This document shows positions 21,174-28,960 of a stretch of DNA of 56,096 nucleotides, piece by piece. The notes under the pieces were generated by a model that had not been told where the DNA came from, ran no database searches, and saw nothing but the letters and a program-made list of their open reading frames with translations. The number at the start of each line of letters is the position of its first letter. Within the stretch, counting starts at the first letter, position 1. The position numbers and the translations under genes are program-made. The stretch is from contig CAZQYQ010000001.1 in the NCBI GenBank assembly GCA_964597625.1, positions 1-56,096 of the forward strand, given 5' to 3'. The stretch comes from an uncultured bacterium. Its GTDB lineage: Bacteria; Muiribacteriota; Ozemobacteria; Ozemobacterales; Ozemobacteraceae.

Positions 21174-22279
21174 CAACACCGCAACGGAGTATTCCGCCGT
21201 GTCTTCCACCGGCACGCCCCATCCCGCCAAAACAGCTTTTTCAACGCCTCGAAGACCTGGGATACAAAGGGCAGGATGATGCCCGGCGGGCTCTCTGCCT
21301 GGCCGCATACAGACATCTGCGGAGGTTCGAGCTGCTTTCCCACCGGTCATGCCGCCCGGAGGAGCTGCCGCCCAAGGCGAATCTTCTGCTGATGGGCCCC
21401 ACCGGGTGTGGAAAGACATTTCTCGTGGAACAGCTGTTCGGAAAACTGCTGATGCTGCCAACGGTTCTGATCGACATCACCGGCTTTTCTGAAACGGGCT
21501 ATGTCGGTGATTCGGTCAGGACAGTTCTGACGCGCATGCTCCTGGCGGCAAAAGACCGGCCTGAACTCGCCAGGCACGGAGTTGTCTGCCTCGACGAGTT
21601 CGACAAGCTGGCCGGTTCACATTCCAACATCCGTTTCGACGGCGCCGGCACCACGAAGGACGTCACCGGGTATGGAGTCCAGAAAGAGCTGCTGAAAATG
21701 ATCGAGGGCTGCACGATGGATGTTCCGCTCGGCTTCACTGAATCGATTTATACCGAGCGCACGGAACTGGACACGCGGGAAATCCTCTTCGTCGCCAGCG
21801 GGGCATTTTCAGGTTTCAAGGGCGCCGCCCGCTTCACGTCCGAAGGCTCCGAATCCATCGGATTCAATCGGACCCCTTTCCGGAAAGAGGCGATAGCCTA
21901 CCGGCTGGCCGAAGAGGAGTCGGAAAACATCGCCGCATTCCAGCAATACGGGTTTCTGCCCGAACTGATCGGAAGATTCGGCCGGATCGTCGCCATGCCG
22001 TCGCTCGACCGTGACACCCTGCGCAGAATCCTGACCGAGTCGCTGCTCCCACGATATAAGCACGAGTTCGCGCTTGAAGGGATCAAGCTGGAAATCGACG
22101 ATGCCGTTCTCGAAAAAATTATATCTGACGCAATAAAACGGCAGATCGGTGCGCGCGGCCTCGGCAGTCGGCTGACTTCCATTCTCGAACAGGCGGCCTT
22201 TTCCGGTTTCGGAGGGGAGAGCGGAACGATATCCGTGACGATGCAGAAAGGCCGGCCAACGGCGATTCATCAGCCGTGA
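21170..22279 (+). CDS. ClpX-family AAA+ unfoldase paralog lacking the N-terminal zinc-binding domain
   Basis: ATGA overlap with the upstream gene. Walker A LLLMGPTGCGKT, pore-1 loop ETGYVGDSV, Walker B VVCLDEFDKL, an IGF-type loop (SESIGFNRTP) and sensor-2 GARGLGS. There is no CxxC...CxxC ribbon at the N-terminus. 369 aa. Confidence 0.85.
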   Translation: MTTPQRSIPPCLPPARPIPPKQLFQRLEDLGYKGQDDARRALCLAAYRHLRRFELLSHRSCRPEELPPKANLLLMGPTGCGKTFLVEQLFGKLLMLPTVLIDITGFSETGYVGDSVRTVLTRMLLAAKDRPELARHGVVCLDEFDKLAGSHSNIRFDGAGTTKDVTGYGVQKELLKMIEGCTMDVPLGFTESIYTERTELDTREILFVASGAFSGFKGAARFTSEGSESIGFNRTPFRKEAIAYRLAEEESENIAAFQQYGFLPELIGRFGRIVAMPSLDRDTLRRILTESLLPRYKHEFALEGIKLEIDDAVLEKIISDAIKRQIGARGLGSRLTSILEQAAFSGFGGESGTISVTMQKGRPTAIHQP

Positions 22280-22385
22280 CATGTCGGGGCCGGCTGATCG
22301 AATCATGGACAAATGGGTAATCCCGTGTATATTGTACAGAAGATAGTAGATGAGAGATCACATTTCGTGATTCAAGTGAGGATCA

Positions 22386-23675
22386 ATGCGGCCACTTCCG
22401 CTGATTAGCGGCAATCCGGCCCTGGTGGCTGAAGTCGAGCGGCTGATGCCCGCATCGGGCAGCCAGGGATTTCGTCTGGCTGTCGTCTCCGACTCCCAGA
22501 CCGCCCGTGAGTTCCTGACGCTCGAGATGCCCGAACTTGTTCTGCTCGATTTTTCCCGCCCGGAACTCAAGCCGTTCGACCTCCTGGATTTCATTCTCAG
22601 CGATCCCTGGCTTGCGCCAGGCGGAATCATCGCGTTCCATGATAACGACCAGGAAATCCGGCAGCTGGAATCGATCCGCGAGGCGAACTTCATCGTCATC
22701 GTCCACGAGCGCAACCTCGAGGATTACCTGCCACGCATCATGAGCATCATTCATCGCAACCGGCGGATTCTCTTCCAGCACAGCCTCGGCGGAGGACTCA
22801 TCACGAACATTTCGGGCTCGTTCAAACTTGAGAATCACATTATCGAGGCCCGCTGCTACGCGAACCTGCTGTGTAATTTTCTTTTCTCGGGCGGGCGCAT
22901 CGATCTCGAAGGGAAAAGCAATCTCTGCTTTGCCCTGTTTGAACTGCTTGTAAATGCGATCGAACACGGCAACTGCGGGATCTCGTTCGAAGAGAAGAAC
23001 AACTGGCTGGAACAGGGTGGCTCGATGATCGATCTGATCGATCGGCGCAGTAAAGAACCCGGCATCTCCTCGAGGCGGGTCACGTTTGAATACAATATCT
23101 GCCAGGCCGGCTCGCGATTCCTGATCTCCGATGAAGGCTCAGGCTTCAACTGGAAACAGTTTCTTGACCGCGGCACAGATGAAGCCCAGTTCAGACTGCA
23201 CGGCCGGGGCATTCTCCTGGCAAGCCGTTTTACGCAGAACATGAACTATACCGAGTCCGGCACCTCGGTCACCTTCGGAATAAGCCACACGACAAATGCC
23301 GCGCCGCTGCCGCCCGCTCTGTTCACCAACATCGAACCGCTGCACGTCTCTCAGGGGGAATTACTGTTTCGAGAGGGTGATCCCAGCACCTACTTGTATT
23401 ACATCGTGAAGGGCCGCTACGACGTGATGATGAATGGGTATCTCGTATCGACGCTTTCGCCCGATGACATGTTTCTCGGCGAGATGTCGTTTCTGCTCGG
23501 GAAAAACCGTTCGGCATCGATCAAAGCTCAGACCGACGGGGCGCTGATCCGCATTTCAAAAAAAGAGTTCATCGAAGCCGTGAGACGCCGCCCGCATTAT
23601 GCCCTGCTGCTCTCCCGGCTTCTTGCTCAGCGGCTGCAGAGATCCAATATCCGGAATACGGTATCACGAACCTGA
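22386..23675 (+). CDS. three-domain signalling protein: receiver-like N-domain, GHKL (RsbW/SpoIIAB-type) ATPase-like domain, C-terminal cyclic-nucleotide-binding domain
   Basis: GAGGA RBS. REC-like ...FRLAVVSDSQTAREFLTLEMPELVLLDFS... The GHKL N-box is FELLVNAIEHGN, with G-boxes SDEGSGF and HGRGILLASRF. The cNMP domain GELLFREGDPSTYLYYIVKGRY...FLGEMSFLLGKNRSASIKA carries a GE...R[ST]A phosphate-binding cassette. The 3' end overlaps the convergent gene by 12 nt. Confidence 0.8.
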   Translation: MRPLPLISGNPALVAEVERLMPASGSQGFRLAVVSDSQTAREFLTLEMPELVLLDFSRPELKPFDLLDFILSDPWLAPGGIIAFHDNDQEIRQLESIREANFIVIVHERNLEDYLPRIMSIIHRNRRILFQHSLGGGLITNISGSFKLENHIIEARCYANLLCNFLFSGGRIDLEGKSNLCFALFELLVNAIEHGNCGISFEEKNNWLEQGGSMIDLIDRRSKEPGISSRRVTFEYNICQAGSRFLISDEGSGFNWKQFLDRGTDEAQFRLHGRGILLASRFTQNMNYTESGTSVTFGISHTTNAAPLPPALFTNIEPLHVSQGELLFREGDPSTYLYYIVKGRYDVMMNGYLVSTLSPDDMFLGEMSFLLGKNRSASIKAQTDGALIRISKKEFIEAVRRRPHYALLLSRLLAQRLQRSNIRNTVSRT

Positions 23676-24467
23676 GTGGTTCTTCTTCAATTCGAATTTC
23701 AGCATGACAGGGTCTGAAGCGGTATCCGGAATGAAGTCCGTCACTTCCCTCCCGGCGCGGTCGAGTGAGGCTTTTTCGCGGATGAGAAGCTGCTTTTTCA
23801 ACAGGTTCATCACATCCTTGGCCTCGTGCTCGGTGCATGCGGCGCCGAATGCCGCCAGCCGCGAAGCCCAGGGGGCATCGCGCACAAAGCGTTCGCCGGA
23901 AGCCAGCAGCATCAGAATTGCCGCCGCAGGCCTTGCGAGAGGCGATGATCTGACGGCTTTCTCAGGATGCAGACCATACCAGATCAGTCTGACGGCCGCT
24001 TCAGGAAACAGATGCAGCATCCGCCGGACTCGGGCGCCGAACGTCAGCCGGACCTCCTTGAGATGAGTCTCGGGATCTTCTTCCGCACTGCTCGCCCGCA
24101 AACGGGCGAGAAACACCCAGCCTGCAATCAGCGCATCGCCCAGCAGCAGCATCCAGATGATGAACGGCATGGCTGGTCTGAGACCGAGCAGCGCCGGAAT
24201 GACCCAGGCACCGGCGTCGGTACGGTCAAGAAATCCGAACAGAAGTCCGATTTCGATCACGCAATCGATCACCAGGTAACCGAGCATCGAGACGAGAGCA
24301 AGCACCAGAAGATGGCCCAGGACGATCCCGATGCCGAGGAGGAGCATGACCCGGCACTCTTTCAGATCCGGCGGGCGCCCTGTTTCGAAGACGTCCCGAT
24401 CGAGATAGCGCGCAAGCGCATCGAGACGATCACGCTTCAGAATCGGATCATCCTGCCATCCGGCCAC
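23664..24467 (-). CDS. hypothetical polytopic membrane protein
   Basis: Sits immediately downstream of the M20 peptidase gene. I prefer GTG 24467, 8 nt after GGGAGG, over the TTG at 24473. It has 4-5 hydrophobic helices (VMLLLGIGIVLGHLLVLALVSMLGYLVI..., PFIIWMLLLGDALIAGWVFLA). No family recognised. Confidence 0.5.
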   Translation of the reverse strand: MAGWQDDPILKRDRLDALARYLDRDVFETGRPPDLKECRVMLLLGIGIVLGHLLVLALVSMLGYLVIDCVIEIGLLFGFLDRTDAGAWVIPALLGLRPAMPFIIWMLLLGDALIAGWVFLARLRASSAEEDPETHLKEVRLTFGARVRRMLHLFPEAAVRLIWYGLHPEKAVRSSPLARPAAAILMLLASGERFVRDAPWASRLAAFGAACTEHEAKDVMNLLKKQLLIREKASLDRAGREVTDFIPDTASDPVMLKFELKKNHSGS

Positions 24468-24482
24468 AAACAATACCTCCCG

Positions 24483-25805
24483 TTATTTCATGAACGGCAG
24501 AAGGCTGTAAACGGCGAGAGCATCACCGAGATCAACCTCTGAAACCCATTCATCGACGATGTGGCATGCATCTTCGCGACCGGGGCCGTAGCCAAGAGTG
24601 GGTATCTCCTCTTCCCCTGCGCTGAGAACCCCGTCGGTCGAGAATGGCCAGATCTTGTCGATCGGAACCGTGCCCCGGATGGCTTCGGCCGCGGTTCTCA
24701 GAAGAGCGACGAACGGATGGCTCTGCGCTGTTTCCCAGGCGGGATGCATCGATGGCCAGTCGGCAATTTTCCCGGTATAGGACGGCCCGCGATACACGAT
24801 CCGCTCGATCTCGATATCCGGCCAGCCGGGCCGCTGCTTCAACCGGGAGACGATCGACTCGAAATTCTCGCCGGCCGCGAGTCTGACCGTGACATCCGCC
24901 ACGGCCCCCTCGGGAACGCTGCTCGTCGTGAAAGGCTCCGTGCGAAACGTCGTGACGACAAGGGTAGACCGACCCAGAACCCTCTCCGGGTCAGGACCGA
25001 CGCGGGTGAACTCTTCACGATCCAGAGCTCCGACTTCGATCGCCGCCTGAGCCAGTTTGTAAGCCGCATTGTCACCGACTTCCGGAACCGAGGTATGAGC
25101 GCGACGGCCACGGGCGCGCATGACGAACTGCAATTTTCCGCGCTGGCCACGGGCGATTTCAAGCCGTGAAGGCTCGCCGAGCAGGACACGGTCCGGACGG
25201 ATGTGGAGATCCCGGATGATCTCAGCAAGCGCAAGGCCTTCCGCGCCTTCTTCCTCCGTCACGAAGCAGCCAATGACGGCTTGTTCGAGAGGGAACTCAG
25301 AGGAAAGCCGTTTCCCCAGGGCAAGCGAAACGGCCATGGCGGTCAGCGCGCCTTTCATATCGCACGTTCCACGGCCATACAGCCGCCCGTCGCGGCGCGT
25401 CAGCCCGAACGGCGGAACGGACCAGGCCGCCGCATCTCCGGCCTCGACGACATCCATATGCGCATCATACGCCAGGATCGGCAGCCCCGCGCTCTTCACG
25501 GCTGAAACGGCACGTTTGATCGCGTCGAGCCTCGCCCCGTCGCCGATCCCGCGCATATCGGGGCTGTGTCCGGCCGGCGCCAGCAGCGCCAGGATGCCGC
25601 CACGCGGCAACCGGCACGCAGGAATGCCGCGCTCATCGAAATACGAAAGCAGCAGATCGGCCTGCGCCCTCTCATGACCGGTATACGACTCGATCGCGAT
25701 CGAATCGCCCAGCAGCTTCAGGCACTCCGGAAACAGCCTCGCCGCTTCCTCCCGAACCGCCGCCGCAACCTCAGACCGCACGGATGACGAAGATGTTCCG
25801 TTCAT
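24483..25805 (-). CDS. M20-family metallopeptidase (ArgE/DapE/acetylornithine deacetylase-like)
   Basis: AYDAHMDVVEAG, GRGTCDMKGALTAM and CFVTEEEGAEGL are the M20 metal-ligand and catalytic motifs. GGAGAA RBS. 440 aa. Confidence 0.85.
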   Translation of the reverse strand: MNGTSSSSVRSEVAAAVREEAARLFPECLKLLGDSIAIESYTGHERAQADLLLSYFDERGIPACRLPRGGILALLAPAGHSPDMRGIGDGARLDAIKRAVSAVKSAGLPILAYDAHMDVVEAGDAAAWSVPPFGLTRRDGRLYGRGTCDMKGALTAMAVSLALGKRLSSEFPLEQAVIGCFVTEEEGAEGLALAEIIRDLHIRPDRVLLGEPSRLEIARGQRGKLQFVMRARGRRAHTSVPEVGDNAAYKLAQAAIEVGALDREEFTRVGPDPERVLGRSTLVVTTFRTEPFTTSSVPEGAVADVTVRLAAGENFESIVSRLKQRPGWPDIEIERIVYRGPSYTGKIADWPSMHPAWETAQSHPFVALLRTAAEAIRGTVPIDKIWPFSTDGVLSAGEEEIPTLGYGPGREDACHIVDEWVSEVDLGDALAVYSLLPFMK

Positions 25806-25969
25806 TATATATATTCTCCGTTATTAATACTTGTTCCCGTTCGTGAAGTTGTCAGGCCACTTCACGTATTCATACGCATACGCCTACATAAAAAATATCA
25901 GACGAAATTTGAAATCTGCCTGGATCCTGTCTCACGGGGGGCATCCGCATTCGTTCACGGTTCACCTTC

Positions 25970-26863
25970 TTACCGGTCTGTATGGCAGCGTCGGCAGACG
26001 TTTTTATCGCTGTGGCAGGCGGCGCACCTGTCGGGGTTCGTCTGGGCCGACAGGCCGTGGCGGCGTGAGACCCAGGCCAGGGTGTGATCCCGCGGGCGGC
26101 GGCTGTGGCAGGCCACACAGCTCGACTGCTCGTGGCACATGCGGCATCGCCAGGGGTCGTCGCGGTAGGCGATGCCGTGCTTCTTTTCGTAGTTGCGCAC
26201 GTGATCGGCCGGCCAGGGAGTCGGATTGTGGCACATCGTGCAGTTCTTCTTCGCATGGAGTCCTTCGTGACATTCAAGGCAGGATGTCATGGTGGTCTGG
26301 CACTGCGAACCGTCCAGGGTATCCCAGTTTTCGGCAAGCGGGTGACACGCCAGGCAGTCATGTTCGGCATGGGCCGCATGAGAGAAGTTCACGCCGTTTC
26401 CGGAGCGCTTGCGTTCCCGCTCGGTTCGTGCGGGTTTTCCCAGATGACACAGGCCGCAATCGCTTTTCTCGCGGGCCGCAAAGTGGCATTTGAGGCAGAC
26501 CTTCTCGGGCGGGCGGCCGAAGCTCCGCGGATCATCGGCAGCCGGGATGACGGCGGGAGCCGATGCGGGCATCGGAGGCGGCGATCCTGGAACGATCCGC
26601 GACGGCCGCAGCGGCGCGAAGCCGGACGGCACATCATCCGGAAGCGCAGCCCCTTCGGCGATCCGGTGGCATCTCTCGCACCTGATCCGCTGTTCGCTGT
26701 GCGTCTTGTGAGAGAACCTGAGGCTTGCCTTCACAAGAGGCGTTTCAGAAGCGGCTGAAACGACGGATGCGCCCGGCCACGCGGCAATCAGCGGCACGAG
26801 CAGCAGCATCGCCAGCCACAGGCCGGCAACGGCCGTTCCGAGAGATTCGCGATACCGGTTCAT
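25970..26863 (-). CDS. secreted decahaem c-type cytochrome (c3/c7-like repeats)
   Basis: Ten CxxCH motifs in about 300 aa: CERCH, CLKCH, CGLCH, CLACH, CLECH, CTMCH, CRMCH, CVACH, CAACH, CRRCH. It also has c7-like FSHKTH and FSHAAH distal-His motifs and a signal peptide (AVAGLWLAMLLLVPLIAAWPGASVVSAA). I prefer ATG 26863 over the TTG at 26875. Confidence 0.85.
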   Translation of the reverse strand: MNRYRESLGTAVAGLWLAMLLLVPLIAAWPGASVVSAASETPLVKASLRFSHKTHSEQRIRCERCHRIAEGAALPDDVPSGFAPLRPSRIVPGSPPPMPASAPAVIPAADDPRSFGRPPEKVCLKCHFAAREKSDCGLCHLGKPARTERERKRSGNGVNFSHAAHAEHDCLACHPLAENWDTLDGSQCQTTMTSCLECHEGLHAKKNCTMCHNPTPWPADHVRNYEKKHGIAYRDDPWRCRMCHEQSSCVACHSRRPRDHTLAWVSRRHGLSAQTNPDRCAACHSDKNVCRRCHTDR

Positions 26864-26996
26864 ATACCCCGACAAGATACGCTATTTATCATTCCGGTAC
26901 AAGCCAGGTCCATGCAGGCGTCAGAACACAAAGCGCCAGCGCAGGCTGGGAGGCATGAATGTGCCCAGATGGCGCAGGCCTGGTGAAGCCGGCAGG

Positions 26997-28472
26997 TCAG
27001 AAAATGATCTGGGTCTCGAGGAACGGAGTGTTGTTTTCGTCGAACTGGCCGATGGGGCCGAGCGCATCCGTCGATCTGCCGTTCACGTGGACGCCGCCAA
27101 CGAATTTGAGGAAGTCGCCGCGCTGGAGTGACATCTGCGGCGTGAGCACGTATTCGCCGGTCGTCAGGTTGCCAACACCGTTGAATTCGATGAAAAACGT
27201 TTCGCTCTTGAAGCCTTTTTTCAACTGCAGGGTCGTCATGACCTCCGTCGGGTTCAGCTGATACGGCGTTTTCGTTCGCATGTTCGATATGTGCGAGACG
27301 ATGCCCTGCACGTTGAGATACAGGTTGTTCCGGTAGGTTTTGTCGGTGCCGAGTAGCAGGCCGAACAGGTTGCTCTGGAACCGCGGCCCGACCCGGCCGT
27401 CCTGGTAGGAGGCGAAGGTTTTCGTCGGCGACCAGGCCATCTCATACCGCATCAGAAAGTCCTTGCCGAGGGTTACGTTGCCGTCGACCGCGAACGTCTC
27501 GTCGATCGGGTATTCCCAGCGCAGCGAGCCACGCGGAGTCAGGTCGATCACCGGCAGCCGCTCTTTCAGCCATAGATAATGGTATCTTATCTCATATTTT
27601 TTAAATGCGCTGTTGAAGCCAAGGTGATACTGTTCGCGCACGCGGGTGTCGTCTTCACGCACCATCGGCGTTCCCAAAAGCGTCATGCGGGCAACCTCTT
27701 TCTGGAACGCCGTCGCCCAGCGGCCGTAGATGTTCGGCAGTTCGCTCGCCTGAAAGACCGGCATGTAGTGAAGATCCCAGCTCATGCGCTTGTTTATATA
27801 GTATGTTGTTTTTATTGCCGGGACTTCTTTTTTATCGCGGTTGTAGTCATTGGCCAGTCCATTATGGAAACGGCGCGAATTGATCTTGTCAATGAACGAG
27901 ACCTTGTCGCCGCTGCCGAGCGTATCGACCAGCAGGCCGGTTTTGAAATCGAAGTTGCCGGCCTTGAACTTGTAGTAGCTTTCGCCGAGATACGAACTCC
28001 ACGACTTGTTGTCCTCTTCCTGGTAGTAGAGACCGTTGATGCTGATCAGCGACTTCTGGCCCTTCGCGCCTTCCTGTTCGAGATTGATTCTGAGCTGGTC
28101 ATAGGAAGAGAACTGGTTGTATTTCCAGCTGTGCCAGCCGCTGACGGCAGGACGCTTCACGGGCTTTTCCTCGGGCTTCTCTTCGGGCTGGGCCGCGCCG
28201 ACCGGGGCCGTGGCCGTCGCCTCGTCGCCCTTCTCGATCATGATGCGCGGCATCTGAAACACTTCGCGGCCGCCGGGCACCGTCGATGCCCATTCCGCGC
28301 CCGAAGCTGCCCCGGCGGATGCTCTCTCAAAACAGATCAGGGACGGCAGAACCGAGAGAATAAACGCGCAGGCCACCACCACAAGCCGATCTTTCCACCC
28401 GCGACGACTCGTTTTCTCGATGAGATGACGGCTGCAACGCAGTGCGCCGGCTCCAGGAATGGTTGACACCAA
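26997..28472 (-). CDS. putative outer-membrane beta-barrel protein
   Basis: Signal-like N-terminus (RLVVVACAFILSVLPSLICFERASA), a Pro/Glu/Lys linker (QPEEKPEEKPVKRP), an amphipathic body rich in Tyr/Gly/Asn/Asp, and a C-terminal ...LETQIIF (terminal Phe typical of barrel OMPs). The start is TTG or GTG and uncertain. No family recognised. Confidence 0.6.
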   Translation of the reverse strand: MVSTIPGAGALRCSRHLIEKTSRRGWKDRLVVVACAFILSVLPSLICFERASAGAASGAEWASTVPGGREVFQMPRIMIEKGDEATATAPVGAAQPEEKPEEKPVKRPAVSGWHSWKYNQFSSYDQLRINLEQEGAKGQKSLISINGLYYQEEDNKSWSSYLGESYYKFKAGNFDFKTGLLVDTLGSGDKVSFIDKINSRRFHNGLANDYNRDKKEVPAIKTTYYINKRMSWDLHYMPVFQASELPNIYGRWATAFQKEVARMTLLGTPMVREDDTRVREQYHLGFNSAFKKYEIRYHYLWLKERLPVIDLTPRGSLRWEYPIDETFAVDGNVTLGKDFLMRYEMAWSPTKTFASYQDGRVGPRFQSNLFGLLLGTDKTYRNNLYLNVQGIVSHISNMRTKTPYQLNPTEVMTTLQLKKGFKSETFFIEFNGVGNLTTGEYVLTPQMSLQRGDFLKFVGGVHVNGRSTDALGPIGQFDENNTPFLETQIIF

Positions 28473-28714
28473 GAGCGTGGTCTGCCTCCGAAGGATTTGT
28501 CTCTCCTCTCATCGGCATTTTCGTTCTCCCGCCGAAATTTGTAAGATCGCCGGCCCTGAGGAACGATATGAACCTGCACGGCACACCCCGGGGAACAGGC
28601 GGATTTCTTCACATGTTTTCCCCTGTTTTGCCAAGATCGCCCAATGAGCTGTCACTGCCAGATCCGGAGGTTTCCGATCCGCTGTCCAGAGACACGGCAA
28701 AGGAGTATCAGAGT

Positions 28715-28951
28715 ATGAAAAAGGCGTTTCTTTTCCTGACGGTTTTGATGTGTCTTTCCGCATCCTCCCTTGTTGCGGTGAATCCCGCCATTGAAAAGCA
28801 CAAGATCGTGGTCTTTTGTGAAAATCTCCATCCTGAAATGACTCAGCCAGAATGCCTGCAGACCCGCAGGCTTTCTTCTGGCAAACATAAAAGAAAAACC
28901 GCCCGATCATGCCAGTCTTTCTTCGGCAGGATCGGGCGGGAGGTTGTCTGA
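28715..28951 (+). CDS. possible small secreted protein (weak call)
   Basis: AGGAG lies 10 nt upstream of ATG 28715, with a signal-like MKKAFLFLTVLMCLSASSLVA. The 3' third runs through the terminator hairpin of the opposing gene and looks non-protein-like. Confidence 0.3.
   Translation: MKKAFLFLTVLMCLSASSLVAVNPAIEKHKIVVFCENLHPEMTQPECLQTRRLSSGKHKRKTARSCQSFFGRIGREVV
28891..28939 (-). terminator. rho-independent terminator of the LolA-like gene
   Basis: ccgcccgatc (28899-28908) pairs with gatcgggcgg (28930-28939), with an inner tgcc/ggca extension. On the minus strand the hairpin is followed by a TTTTT run (28894-28898), about 20 nt after the stop at 28961. Confidence 0.6.
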
Positions 28952-28960
28952 GAAGCCGGA

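Noticed and set aside
15124-23675. Reading the cyclase plus cNMP-binding-effector locus as a Pycsar/CBASS-type anti-phage system
   Set aside because: The cyclases are ~1000-aa membrane sensors with HAMP domains rather than compact cytosolic defence cyclases. The cNMP-binding protein carries no TIR, TM-pore, nuclease or other killing domain. No other defence or mobile genes flank the locus. A signalling role fits better.
25842-25866. Hairpin cgtgaagt-N9-acttcacg downstream of the cytochrome gene and upstream of the M20 peptidase gene
   Set aside because: The stem is only 8 bp with no following T-run on the minus strand. It could be a weak terminator or an operator but is not convincing enough to annotate.
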